Shown here: positions 1-14,880 of the stretch, in pieces
Numbering within the stretch: the stretch's first letter is position 1
Layout: each line of letters opens with the position of its first letter
From: the human T2T-CHM13v2.0 reference genome, Homo sapiens
Length of the DNA: 64,000 nucleotides
Assembly (NCBI RefSeq): GCF_009914755.1
Contig: NC_060935.1
Direction: 5' to 3' (one strand)
The notes under the pieces: generated by a model
What the model was told of the DNA's origin: nothing
What the model saw: the letters and a program-made list of their open reading frames with translations, nothing else
Databases searched by the model: none
Translations under genes and position numbers: made by a program

Positions 1-1221
1 GAAGCCTCTTTACCCAACGAGACCTCATCAAAGACTGGCTACACACGTGAAAAATGAGACCCTGTGAATCCCAAAAGAGAGAAGCTGATGCAGGGCAGAG
101 ACCTAAATGAAAATGCCATAGGTCATTCAATGCCAGAATATACTGGAGGACCAATCCAGGTTAGAGTGAAGAAGTCTTGGTGAACAACTTGCTCATTCAT
201 TTGAGATCTCAGGAAGGCTCCACATTAAGAGTCACCCCATGCCCTATTTTGAGGGATTTTCCCTATGTCTAAAATTAAAATAGATCATCCAAACAAAGAA
301 TAAACCCAAGCCTGACATGATCAATAAAATCCATCATTCTTTACCTGTATTCTGAAAGAAAAAACAAGCACTTTTTAAAAACATAACTCAATACCCCTAC
401 CATGTATCATCAACAATTGTCCAAAATAAAATAAAAATTTGTGAGATAGTCAAAGAAGGAGGCAAATGAGACCCATAATCAAGCAAAAGAAGTCAGAAGA
501 CACAGATATCAAAATGATCCAGTTATTAGAATTTGCAGAAAATGAAACAAGCTGATGTAAGTATGTTCTCAAGTACTTATGGAAGCTACAATGAGAGAAC
601 ATATGGCAAAGCTCCACAGAAAAAATAGAAGCTATAATAACAAAAGAACCAAATGGAAATGAAAACTACAACTTTGAAAGAATTGAAAACCATAACCCTG
701 AAAGAAAAAAAAAATCATAGGTTGGGCTTAACAGCAGATTTGATATTGAAAAATAAAGGATCATGAATTGGAAGTATCCAATCTCAAGAAGAGGCAAAAT
801 AAGACTTTTTAGAAAACAAAAACCTCAGTGACTTGTGAGGTGTTAAAATAGTGTAATATATTACAATAAAACCTCAGGAAAAATAAGATAGAGAATAATT
901 CAGGAGAAAAAAATTTGGAGAAATAATTTCTGAATTTTCCCTCAAATATAGCAAAAATTGTAAGCCTACACACCCAAGAAGCTCAGAAAATACCTAAAAA
1001 TATAAATGCAAAAAATCATAGTAGGATTTTTTTTTAATCTGCTGAAAACCAAGCCTGCTGAAAAGCAGCCAAAGGGAAATGATACTTTATATACAGAGGG
1101 ATTATTATATAAATTACAGCTGTCTCAAATCAGAAAAAATGATGATCAGAAAAAAAAAGGTGTAACCATTTAAAAGCACTCAGAGATAAAACAAACAAAC
1201 AAACAAAACTCTTTAGAGCAA

Positions 1222-1669
1222 CGAATTCATTTCCTAGGCCTACCGTAACAAACTACCACAAACTGGGTGGCTTAACACAACAGATGGCCACAGTTCTGGA
1301 AGCAGAAATCTCAAACCAAGGTGTTGGCAGGGTTGCTTCCTTTTGGAGGGAATAATGGAAAAGCCGTTCTATGCCTCTCTCCTAGCTCCAGGTGATTGCC
1401 AGCAATCCTTGGCATTCCTTAGCTTATAGACACCTCACTCCCATGTCTGCCTCCATCTTCCCATGGTGTTCTCTGTGTATTTCTCTGCATCCCCTCCTCT
1501 TCTGATAAGGAAGTCAGTCATAGGATTTGGGGCTCATCTTAAATCCAAGATGATTTTATCTGCAGATCCCCAATTAGTTGCATCTGCGAAGAAACTACTC
1601 CCGAAGAAAGTCACATTCTGAGGTTCCAGGTCACATGAATTTTGGGCGGATACGACTCAGCCCACTACA
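1222..1669 (-). mobile_element. MLT1 (MaLR) solo LTR, MLT1B/C-like
   Basis: ttcctaggcctaccgtaacaaactaccacaaactgggtggcttaa ... gactcagcccactaca, typical MLT1 termini; L1 sequence resumes afterwards. Confidence 0.8.
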
Positions 1670-3250
1670 ATCCAGAATTCTACATTCAGCCAAAATGGTT
1701 TTCAAAGATGAGACAAAATTAAAGACATTTTCAGGTAACGAAGCTGAAATAATTCTTTGCCAGCAAACTTGTACTACGAGAAATAAGGAAAACTCTTCAG
1801 ATAGAATGAAAATAATACCAGATAAAAAATCAGAACTACAACACGAAATGGAGATGACTAACATGGTAAATATACGGGTAACTATGCAGGACTATGTATG
1901 TTTTTTCTTCTCCTAACAATCTTTAATAGACAACTGACTGCTTGGTAACATTTTATTGTGAAGTTAATAACATATGCAGAAGTAAAATACATGACAAAAA
2001 CATGGATTAAATGAAATTATTGAGAGATTCCTTCATTTTCTATAAATCTTTAATTCTAAATATGCTGTAATAAATTAAGGAAGTATGTTATAATTCTTAG
2101 AGCAGCCACTAAAAATGTAGTAAGAGGTATAACAAAAAAGCCAATAGCTCCTCAAAAGAATAATAAATTGATACACCCATATCAAGACTGACCAAAGAAA
2201 AAAAGAGAAACAACACAAATTAGCAATGTCATGAATAAAATAGGGTATCTCACTAGAGATTAAAATGGCATTTAAAAGATTAAAACAAATGTTACAAGAA
2301 CAATCAATCTCTTAAATAAAATTAATCAATTGTTTGAAAAATACACATACTAAAGTCAACACAAAACATAAGACTCCAAATAACGCTATTGCTGTGAAAG
2401 AAATAGAATTAACAAAAAATTTCCCCCTCAAAAAAGTCTGGTATATGTACATATATGTGTGCGTGTGTATATATATATGTGTGTGTGTGTATATATACAT
2501 ATATATACCTTTATGTATATAGGTATATATAGGTATATTTATATATACTCTATGTATATTTTTATGTATATACCTATATATATATACACCTTCATATATG
2601 TTATACATGTAAGAGAAGGTGTGTGTATATATATATATACATACACACATATATATACACATATACCAGAGTTTTTTATATGTAGGTATATATATAAAAT
2701 ATAAATATAAAAAATATATACAAATACAAATATTTATATATACACATATTTATACATTTATATATATTTATATATTATGTATTTATATTTTTTATATTTA
2801 TAAATATATATATTTTACATATAGTTATATATTTTTATATATTTATATATTTGTAATATATTTATATTTATATATATTTTTACATTTATATTTTATATAT
2901 ACTTATATAACTATACAATCAATATATATTTTATATACTGTCTATAAATACATATTTTACATAATATATATAATTTTACATGATATATAAATATATATAA
3001 TTTTATATGATATATAAATATATAATTTTATATAATATATTTATATATTTACAATATATTTTTACATATTTATATTTCTATATATTTTATATAATATATA
3101 TTTATATATTTATATATATTTCACATAATATATATTTATATATTATATAATATATACTCATAATATATTATATATTATACAATGTATAATATAAATATAT
3201 ATTATGTTATATAATGTATTATATATTATATGTTATATAATTATATAATA

Positions 3251-4113
3251 ATATATTATACAAGTATATTATAAAATATAATTATATTATACAAGTATAT
3301 TATAAAATATAATTATATTATACAAGTATATTATAAAATATAATTATATTATACAAGTATATTATAAAATATAATTATATTATACAAGTATATTATAAAA
3401 TATAATTATATTATACAAGTATATTATAAAATATAATTATATTATACAAGTATATTATAAAATATAATTATATTATACAAGTATATTATAAAATATAATT
3501 ATATTATACAAGTATATTATAAAATATAATTATATTATACAAGTATATTATAAAATATAATTATATTATACAAGTATATTATAAAATATAATTATATTAT
3601 ACAAGTATATTATAAAATATAATTATATTATACAAGTATATTATAAAATATAATTATATTATACAAGTATATTATAAAATATAATTATATTATACAAGTA
3701 TATTATAAAATATAATTATATTATACAAGTATATTATAAAATATAATTATATTATACAAGTATATTATAAAATATAATTATATTATACAAGTATATTATA
3801 AAATATAATTATATTATACAAGTATATTATAAAATATAATTATATTATACAAGTATATTATAAAATATAATTATATTATACAAGTATATTATAAAATATA
3901 ATTATATTATACAAGTATATTATAAAATATAATTATATTATACAAGTATATTATAAAATATAATTATATTATACAAGTATATTATAAAATATAATTATAT
4001 TATACAAGTATATTATAAAATATAATTATATTATACAAGTATATTATAAAATATAATTATATTATACAAGTATATTATAAAATATAATTATATTATACAA
4101 GTATATTATAAAA
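3251..4113. repeat. 31-bp minisatellite (attatattatacaagtatattataaaatata), about 28 near-identical copies
   Basis: caag recurs with a 31-bp period from 3261 to 4098. Confidence 0.95.
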
Positions 4114-4815
4114 TTATATATTATATAAGTATATTATAAAATTATATTATAAAATATAATTATATATATAATTATATTATAAAATATAATTATATTATAA
4201 AACAATTATATATAATTATATTACATAATATAATTATATATTACATATATAATTATATATAATATAATTTTATATGATTATGTAATTATATAGATAATAT
4301 AATTATATCATTATTATATAATATAATTATATAATATACTTATGTAACATAATTTTATAATAATTATGTATTATACAATTATATAATTATGTAATTGTAT
4401 ATTATATAATTATATAAATTATACAGTATATAACTATATATTATGTAATATATGTCATATAATATATAGGGATATATTATATATTTATATATTATATGAC
4501 ATATGTTATATATTCTATAATATATATATTATATTATAGTTATATATTATATTATAGTTATATATATTATAGAGTTATATATTAAATATATGTTTATATA
4601 TAATTATATATATTAATATATAGTAATATACTTATAAATATATATAAATATGTAGTTATATATTTATATATAATTATATACATTAATATGTAGTTATATA
4701 TTTATATAATATATTAATATAATATATAAATAATATATATTATATAAATACATATTTTATAAAATATTATTTTAATATTATATAAATATATATTTATACA
4801 TTAATACATATATTT

Positions 4816-4970
4816 TTATTATATATACATCATATATAAATATATAGGTGTATATATTTATATATACATCATATATAAAAATATAGGTGTATATATTTAT
4901 ATATACATTATATATAAATATATAGGTGTATATATTTATATATACATTACATATAAATATATAGGTATAT
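4816..4970. repeat. ~42-bp AT-rich tandem repeat, 3-4 copies
   Basis: Repeated tatatatacatcatatataaatatataggtgtatatattt; gives the 14-aa periodicity of ORF 4778..4993. Confidence 0.75.
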
Positions 4971-5847
4971 ATTATATATGAAGATATAGGCATATATATT
5001 TATATATATAGTACATAGAAATATATATACTATATATAATGTATATATAAATATATAGGTAGATATATTTATATATAATGTATATATAAATATATAGGTA
5101 GATATTTTTATATATACATTATATATAAATATATAAACATAAATTATATATAAATATATATAAATATATAAACAAATTATATATAAATATATAAAATTTA
5201 TATATAAATACATATAATTTATATATATTTATATAAATTATATATCTAAGTATAAAATTTATATAAAAATCTATATAAATTATATATATAAATATATAAA
5301 TATATATAAATTATATATAAATATATAAGTATATGTTAATTATATATAAATATATATACATTATATATAAATAATATATAAATTATATATAACTATATAT
5401 AAATTATATATAATTTATATTTTTTACATATATATTATATGTATTACATATAATATATATTATATATAATATATATGTATTATATATATTATATAATATA
5501 TATTATATATAATATATATTATATATATTATATAATATATATTATATATAATATATATTATATATATTATATATATGTTATATATATTATATATAATATA
5601 TATTATATATAATATATATTATATATATTATATATAATATATGTTATATATATTATATATAATATATATTATATATAATATATATTGTATATAATATATA
5701 TAACATATATTATATATAATATATATTATATATAATATATGTATTATATATTATATATATTATACATTATATATATATTATATATTATATATATTTAATA
5801 TATAATAAATATATACGATATATATGATATAATATATATTATATATA

Positions 5848-6068
5848 ATATATAAGATCTTATTATATATAATATATAAGATCTTATTATATATAATATA
5901 TAAGATCTTTTATATATAATATATAAGATCTTATTATATATAATATATAAGATCTTATTAATTAAATATATAAGATCTTATATATTATATATAGTATATA
6001 AGATCTATTATATTATATATAATATATAAGATCTTATTAATTATATATAATATATAAGATCTTATATA
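5848..6068. repeat. Tandem units built on the palindrome taagatctta
   Basis: agatct core recurs about 8 times in TA-rich spacers. Confidence 0.85.
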
Positions 6069-6096
6069 TTGTATATAGTATATAATACATATATAT

Positions 6097-6820
6097 TATA
6101 TATTACACATTATATAATAGATTGTATATATTACACATTATATAATAGATTGTATATATTACACATTATATAATAGATTGTATATATTACACATTATATA
6201 ATAGATTGTATATATTACACATCATATAATAGATTGTATATATTACACATTATATAATAGATTGTATATATTACACATTATATAATAGATTGTATATATT
6301 ACACATTATATAATAGATTGTATATATTACACATTATATAATAGATTGTATATATTACACATTATATAATAGATTGTATATATTACACATTATATAATAG
6401 ATTGTATATATTACACATTATATAATAGATTGTATATATTACACATTATATAATAGATTGTATATATTATACATTATATAATAGATTGTATATATTATAC
6501 ATTATATAATAGATTGTATATATTATACATTATATAATAGATTGTATATATTATACATTATATAATAGATTGTATATATTATATATTATATAATAGATTG
6601 TATATATTATATATTATATAATAGATTGTATATATTATATAATAGATTGTATATATTATATGTTATATAATAGATTGTATATATTATATGTTATATAATA
6701 GATTGTATATATTATATATAATATAATAGATTGTATATATTATATATAATATATATAATAGATTGTATAATATATATAATATATTGTATATATTATATAT
6801 AATATATATAATAGATTGTA
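6097..6820. repeat. 28-bp minisatellite (ttacacattatataatagattgtatata), about 18 regular copies then degenerate
   Basis: gattg recurs with a 28-bp period from 6120. Confidence 0.93.
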
Positions 6821-8499
6821 TAATATATATAATATATAATATATTATATATAATATAGTATATATAAAGTATATAATTATATAAATATAATTATATATTT
6901 ATATAAAGATATAAAATATATATACTTATATAGAGAGATATATATATACCTATATATAAAGGTATATGCATATAGGTATATATATATATATAAAAGGTAT
7001 ATGTACCTTCTCTTCTATTTTATATATATATGGGAGAAGGTATATATATACCTTCTCAGAAAAGAAAGAAAATCAGGTCCTTTACTAATTTTATGAAACC
7101 TCGTTTTAGCAGTTATTAAAATACTGAGAAAATATTACTTATAGAACAATTGCCTCATAGACACACATCCTTCATGAATACAGATGAAAAGACATACATT
7201 CTTCGTGAATACAGATTTAAAAAGTCTTTATTAAAACAGCAAATTGATTACAGCAATTTGTAAAAGGTATGATACATTTGAGCAAGTTAGATTTGTCCTA
7301 CGAATGCAAGTTTGATATAACTTTTGGAAATCAATCAGTGTAATTTACCACAATAACAAAATCAAGAGCAACAGGATCACCACACACAAAAAAAGCATTT
7401 TAGAAATTCAGTACCAATTCTATCAAAAACTATCAGAAAACCTGAAATATAAGGAAAGTTCCTCAATATCATAAAGGACAACTATGAAAAACCTACAAGA
7501 AACATTACACTTATATCACACTTAATGGTGAAGGATCAAACGCTATCCATCTATGAGCAGGGCAAGCATTGTCGGTACTCACTCCTTCCAGAAAACATGG
7601 TTGAAGTTCCTAGTTAGTCATTGCATAAAAGAAGAAGAAAAATATGTAAAAAGTACAGAGCTTGAACACAAAGAAACAAAATTATCTTTATTTACATATG
7701 ACATGATTATTCACATAAAAATTTTCAAGTAAACTCAAAGGAAATAAAACTACTAAAACCAGGAAGTGCATTTAGTCAGGTCTCAGGATAAGGGTTAATA
7801 TATAAAAATCTATTTCATTTCTATATTCCTGCACCAAACAATTGGAAAAATAAATTTTATAAAGTTTTATTTTGAATATGATCAAAAATACTAAACCTAC
7901 AGGGTTAGATTGAACAAAAATGTTCAAGAGCTTTGCAGACAAAACAAAATATTCCAGAGAAATTAAAGTATACCTAAATAAAGAGGGATTTGTACAATTT
8001 TCATGAATTGGAAGGGATAATTTCATAAAATGTAAATTTTCCCCAAAGCAATTGATGAATCTAATGTAATCCTAAACAAGATCCAATAAGCTTCTTTTTG
8101 GTAGAAATCAACAACTTACTCATAACACTTCTATGGAAAATCAAGAAAATAAAAACTCAGAATAACAAAACGTTCTTGGAAAATAGGAATAAACTCAGAG
8201 AATTCACACTACCAGATTACGTAGATTACTATAAAGCCAATGAAGACAGCGGGAATTTGGTACAAGGTAGACATACAGATTAGTGGAAAGAAACAGAATA
8301 GACTCCAGAAATAAAGTCACATATATGTGGTCAATAGCTTTTCAACAGAAGTGACAAGGCAATTCAATGAAGGAAATAAAAACCATTAAAAAAAAAATCC
8401 TACAACTGGAAACCCATTTTAAAAATAAATGAGCAATGAGCTTCACTCCTACGTCAAACTACATATAGAAATTGTTTTTTATTAATTAAAATTACATCA

Positions 8500-10142
8500 T
8501 AATTTGTGAATATATTCACCTATTTTGTTGGTTGTCTCTTTGCTCTGTTCATTGCTGTCTTTGCTGTGCAGAAGTTTTTTTTTTTAATTTCATATGATAC
8601 CATTTGTCTGTATTTGCTTTTCTTGCCCATGCTTTTGTGGTTTTATTTTTAAAATCCTTGCCTAGAGCAATGTCTTGGAGCTTTTCCCTGTTTTTTACAA
8701 GTAGTTTTGTAGTTTGGGGTCTTACGTTTAATTCTTTAATACATTTTTAGTAGTTAATTTCTGTATATGGTGAGAGATAAGGGTCTAGTTTTGTTCTTCT
8801 GTATGTGAATATCCAGTTTTCCCAGCATTGTTTATTGAGGAAACTGTCCTTTCCCCATTGCATGTACTTGACATCTTTGTTGTATATCAGTTGTCTATAG
8901 ATGCTTGGGTTTAATTCCAGTTTTATATTCTGTTCCATTGGTCTATGTTTCTGTTTCTATGACAGAGCCATGCTGTTTTAGGGACAACTGACAGAATAGA
9001 AGAATATATTTGCAAACTATACATCTGATAAGAGGCTAACATCTAAAATATATAAAAAACTCAAACAGCTCAACAACAAAACATTCAACAAAAAATGTGC
9101 AAAGGACCTGAATAGACATTTTTCCAGAGAAGACATACAGATGACCAACAGAAATAAAAAAAAAATGCTTGACTTTATTAATCTCCAGGGAAATGCAAAT
9201 CAAAACTACAATATCACCTGACTCCAGTCAGAATGACAATTTTTAAAAAATCGAAAGATGACAAGTGTTAGCAACAATGTGGTGAAAAGGGAATCCTTAC
9301 ACGCTGATGGTGAAAATGTAAATTAGCATAGCCATTATGAAAAACAGTATGGAGTTTCTTCAAAAAATTAAAAATGGAACCACCATATGATCCAGAAATC
9401 TCATTACATTTGGGTATATATTCAAAGAAAATGAAATCAGTATGTTGAAGAGATATTTGCACATCCATGTTTATTGCTGCAGTATTCACAATAGCCAAGA
9501 TATGTAATCAACCTAAATATCCATCAACAGATTAATGGATAAAGAATACATTATATATATACACATTATATATATGTATATAATATATATACACATTATA
9601 TATATGTATATATAATATATATATATACACATATAGACACACAGTGGAATACTATTCAGCCATAAAAAATGAAATCCTGTCATTTGTAGCAACATGGATA
9701 AACCTGAATAACATTATGTTAAGTTAAACAACCCAGTCACAGAAAGACAAATATCACATGATCTCAATAATATGTGGAATCTAAGAAGTTGTCCTCACAG
9801 AAGTAGAGAGTAGAATAGTGGTTATCAGAGGATGGGGAGGGTTAGGGTGAGGGTGGGTGATGGTTAGAGATTGGTCAATGGGTACAAAGCTACAATTAGA
9901 TACGAAAAATAAGTTCTGTCAGTCTATTGCATAGTCTGATGTATTGTATATTTCAAAATACCTAAAGGAGAGGTTTTTGAATCTCACAAAGAAATAATAA
10001 ATTTCTCACAAAGAAATAATGTTTAATGTGATGGATATGCTAATTACCCTGATGTGATGATTACACAATTTATACATGTATCAAAACATCCTGTTGTTCC
10101 TCATAAATATGTACAATTATATAAAAATTATAAATAAAAAGA
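8500..10142 (+). mobile_element. 5'-truncated, 5'-inverted L1MA-type element nested in the older L1
   Basis: 8500-8980 is antisense L1 ORF2; 8981-10140 is sense ORF2 end plus L1MA-type 3' UTR and A-tail; candidate TSD taaaattaca on both sides. Confidence 0.7.
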
Positions 10143-11401
10143 TAAAATTACACTATAGAACTAAATATGAGGACTAAAATTATAAACCATCCAGATAAAA
10201 ATTTGGGAGAATGTCTACAATTTGGGTGCAAAGATTTCTTAGTACACAAAAAGCAATACACTTAAGAATTAATTTTTCTCATTCTGTCATAATTTAAAAC
10301 TTTCATGAAAAACACTGTTAACAAAAGAATTCATAGTCTGAGAAAAAGTACATATAATACTTATATTTGAAAGATAATTTGTATCCTAAATAGCTAAATA
10401 ATTTCTGCAAATCAATAATAAGTTGCCACAAGTTTTGACAGATACTTCATCAAACAAGATATTTAAATGATCAAAAATTACATGAGAAAATCTTAAATTA
10501 TAAATTATTAGCCAAATGCAAATTAGAATAACAATGCAATACCACTTCACAATAACTAGAAATGCTAAAAATAAAAATAACGAAAACATCAAGTGTCAGA
10601 TACATAACAACAAGAATTCCTATAGATTGCTGGTGAAAGCATAAGGTGATACAACTATTTTAGGAAACTCTTTGGCAGTTTCTTTTAAGTTTGAATATAC
10701 TCCTAACCCAACAAGCCTGAAATTCTACTCTAAGGAGAAATAAAAACATATGTCCACAACATATATGTACAATATTGCTTATAAAAGCCCTATTTACAAT
10801 AGCCAAAAACTAGGGGTAGGGGTAAGATCTCAAATGTATCAACTGGAAAAATAGATAAGTTGTATATTATTTAAATAATGGAATACTACTCAGCAATACA
10901 AAGGAATGAACCACTGTAAATGAAACAATATGGATGAACCTCAAAAATACGTTGAGTAAAGAAGTCAGACACAAGAGATCATAACGTATGTTTCCATGTA
11001 TATAAAATTCACATACAAACAAATCTATGGTTATGTAAATCAGGAGAGTTGTGACATGTGGGCAGGAAGAATGACTGGCAGTGGGCATGGAAACTTTCAG
11101 AAGAAAGAAAAAATTCTATGTTGTGATCAGGATGTTGGTTAGATATGTACATAATCGTCAGATCTCATGAAATTATACATTTGATATCTATATTTACTGT
11201 ATGTAAATTATACTTCTATTTTTTAAAATATTATACCCTTAACCATAAAACACAAAAGAGCTTTAGAAAATTAAATATATTATAGCTAAAATTAAAATCT
11301 GACCAAAAATTGAGACAATAATGAGTCGGTATTAATTCCGAGAGGGGAACAAAAAAGAAAATGATGTGAAAAACAAAAGTTACCAGAAGAAGAGAATTAG
11401 A

Positions 11402-11567
11402 ACAGTGGTTCTCAAAGGATATCTAGCAGCAGTAAGCCATACACTTGTTAGAAAAGGAAATTCTCAACCATCATCCCAACTTAATCAGTTACTGGAAGTG
11501 AAGCCAGCAATCTGTATGAAGAAGCCTCCAGGTGATTCTAATGCATGATAAAGTTTGAAAAATACTG
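11402..11567. mobile_element. MER5A-like hAT-Charlie DNA transposon
   Basis: cagtggttctcaaag ... ccaggtgattctaatgcatgataaagtttgaaaaatactg termini. Confidence 0.75.
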
Positions 11568-11588
11568 AATTTGAGGTTCAATCTATGA

Positions 11589-11963
<375 letters not shown>

Positions 11964-12825
11964 GGAAATAACAGTTGCTGAGTAAACAAACGTGGTCTCT
12001 AACAAAAATGCAAAACAATAAAAATACAAAAACAAAAACCCAGGCCAAGACATATCATCATGAAAATTTTGAACATCAAATATTAAGGAAATATGTACAA
12101 CCTTCCAGAGAGAAAAATCAGCACTGAAACTGAAATTAGGTAATTTTAAATGCTCAATATTAATGCCAAAGCTTGACAGAAATGGAACAATACTATAAGA
12201 TTCTAAGGGAAAATAATTTCTTATCTATGGTTCTATACCTCACCTCCTAAAAAATCAAGCATAAGCATATAATAGAGGCACTGCTATTCAAGCAGTCTCA
12301 GAAGTGTCATTCCTTCATCTCTCTTTCTCAATATGTTATTAGAAGATATGCTTCTCATGAAGGAAAACATAAGCTGGCACAAAGGAAAATATCCCATCTA
12401 TAAACAAGAGATATAAAAAGAAAGGGACAGATAATCCTCAGGAGGATTCTGGAGAGAAGTTTCAGGGTAAATCTTCCACTTATCCTGCATAGAAGCTGTG
12501 TGAAAGGCATAGACAGAAACCACTTAAGATTGTAACATGATGATAGAGGATTCCAGAAGGAGTTATGCGGTGAGTTTACCAATATGATAAATAGTACTGA
12601 GAGATTTCGATAATTCTGTTGAAGTGCTTGGGAAAAATTAATAAAGGAGATCAAAATACCAAAGGAGTAAAACAATTAGGCAATTGTCAACTCTAGGAAA
12701 ATAATCAAAATTTATAGCTTTGTGGGTGCCACAGTGCCAGTGAGATTAGCTCTTTGGGGTTTCATTGTGGCTGACACATTTTGGACTATAATAGAGCATT
12801 TTGTCTGTGCTCTTTATATATATTC

Positions 12826-13186
12826 AGGTTGAGTATCCCTTATTAGAAATGCATAGAACCATAAGTATCTTGGATTTCAGATCTTTTTGGACTTTGAAAT
12901 ATTTACCTATACATAAGTGAGATATCTTTGAAATGAGACCCAAATCTAAACATAGGATTCATTAATGTTTCAAATACACCTTATACAGACAGCCTGAAGG
13001 TAATTTTATATAATATTTTTAATAATTTTGTGTATGAAACAAGGTTCTGACTGTGTTTTGACTGTAACTCATCACATAAGGTTAGGTGTGAAATTATCCA
13101 CTTGTGACATCATGTTGCCATCAAAGAGTTTTGAATTTTGGTGCAGTATGGATTTCAAATTTTTAGACTAGGGATGCTTTATATGT
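12826..13186. mobile_element. Tigger4/MER46-like TcMar DNA transposon
   Basis: caggttgagtatccctta start, gggatgct end, internal acaccttatacagacagcctgaaggtaatttt. Confidence 0.7.
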
Positions 13187-13254
13187 AATACACACTTGAC
13201 TTATGCTGTATGTTGTCTACCAAATAATTGGCAACATATTTCATTCTCAGTTCA

Positions 13255-14880
13255 AAATATTTATTTGTTCTTTCAACAGTCATTTAATGAGAGTTTCTTA
13301 AAGCACTAGAATTCCAGCTCAAGTTCTATAAGAGAGGACAAATAACAAATGTAATCAAGAGGAAAGAGAAGTTCAAGGTGATGTGGTTGCCAGATGTATG
13401 AATAACTGACTGCCAGGGTGGTCAGGGAGGGTTTCAGATAATTTAAAAAGTACTTTGTTCAAAACATATAAAATCAATATTTACTGTATTGATATGAATT
13501 CTATTTTTTCCCATAAAATCCAGAGAACATTCATGATATAAGATGGAAACCTAATTAGGTTTGGTCAACTTGGACTCAGTCAGGATTTCGAGTTGAATAG
13601 AATCATGGAGTAAGCAAAGTTCCATCCTGGAGGGATGACTCCTTATTTTGGTTCAGTATTTTACAAATCACTTTTATATCCACTCTCTCATTTAATTCTC
13701 ACGATAATCCTGCAAATACTGTTATTCCTGTTTTATAAATGGGGCAGTTGAGAGCAAAACTATGTGATTTTTCCAGGTTTCAAGGCAGGATTTAAGGCCA
13801 GGTATTCATAATCTCAACCCTTTTACCTTCCTCGTAGTCACCTGTTTCATGCAAGCTCCCAACCTTCAGTATCATCCCTTCCCACCTACCCACCTAGCAT
13901 TCCCAAATGTCAGAACTTATTCTGCCAGTCTGGAGGTCTCTACAAGAGAGCCCAGAATCAGCTGTTAACCCCTTCTGCCTCCACCTTCTCTGAAATTTGT
14001 CTCCCTGGCATTTATTTATTAAGAAAAAAGTAGTCAGAGTCATTTACAGAGACATCTTGGTAGTCTGAGAGGCTATTCCAGATGGGTATCTACTGAGAGA
14101 AATATTAAATGGCCCTGCAATTCTGTTTCTCCGCATATATTTTAACTGGTGTATGACAGATATAGTTCCCACTTAATATGTGTAAGACACTGTATTAAAA
14201 GCTGTATTCATGCATTATTAATTGTTTCCTTTAACAACTATTTATTGAGCACTAATTATATGCAAGGCACATTGCCAGATGCAAGGAACACCACGTTGTA
14301 TAAGATAGGGTTCTTGTTTTTATTAAAATTTATAGTCTCATTTAATCTAACTTAATCTTTTAACTAGGCCCATCTCTATCAAGATGTATGCGTATTATTC
14401 CTATTTTACAAGTCCAAAAACTGAGCTTTGTAAAGGTAGACTGACCTGCATAGAGTAACATAAATAGTAAATAAATGTTGTAGTCCAAACTCAAACATAG
14501 CTGTATCTGATACAAAGCCATGTGCTCTTAAGAGCCAATCCTTGATAAGCATCTCAAAAAGATGACTGAAATAGCAAGATTTCCAGAAAATTAAAAAGAG
14601 TAAATAAGGGTGAGAATGCAGCAGGGCTCATCTTGATAGTAATAGTTACCATCTTGGCCTGCACATATTAGATATTCATCTAAGTCTTTTTTATAAATTA
14701 TGTCATCTAGTTCTTCAAGACAACCTCATGGTGTAGGTATCATAGATTTCATCCACAGGGTAGAAAATTAAGGTTCAGTGGGGTTAAACAATGTTTCCAA
14801 GTCAGACAGTAGGTAAGCAGCACATCTGGGACTCAGGTATAGGCCTCCATAACTCCAAATCCTTTGTTCTTAATTAGTAA
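13255..14880 (-). mobile_element. Cluster of degenerate L2 and MIR fragments
   Basis: tatttattgagcactaattatatgcaaggcac (L2/MIR end); attttacaagtccaaaaactgag and aaattaaggttcag (MIR core). Confidence 0.6.

Larger units (their letters stand above)
2443..7057. repeat. ~4.6 kb AT-rich low-complexity block containing several TA-derived minisatellites
   Basis: Almost entirely A/T, (TA)n-derived, lying inside the old L1. Confidence 0.97.
1..11220 (+). mobile_element. Old, degenerate L1 (L1M-type): 5' region/ORF1, ORF2 remnants and 3' UTR, interrupted by MLT1, the AT-rich block and a younger L1
   Basis: A-rich plus strand with recognisable L1 remnants (ccaagaagctcagaaaatacc ~974, aatcaatcagtgtaatttacca ~7330, gaattcacactaccaga ~8200, atggaatactactcagcaata ~10878); no intact frame. 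Confidence 0.75.

Noticed and set aside
3251-4113. Regular ~30-bp periodicity as a CRISPR array
   Set aside because: Head-to-tail identical units with no unique spacers and no cas genes; eukaryotic context
2312-5213. Y/I/C-rich ORFs
   Set aside because: Translations of (TA)/(CA) repeats, not genes
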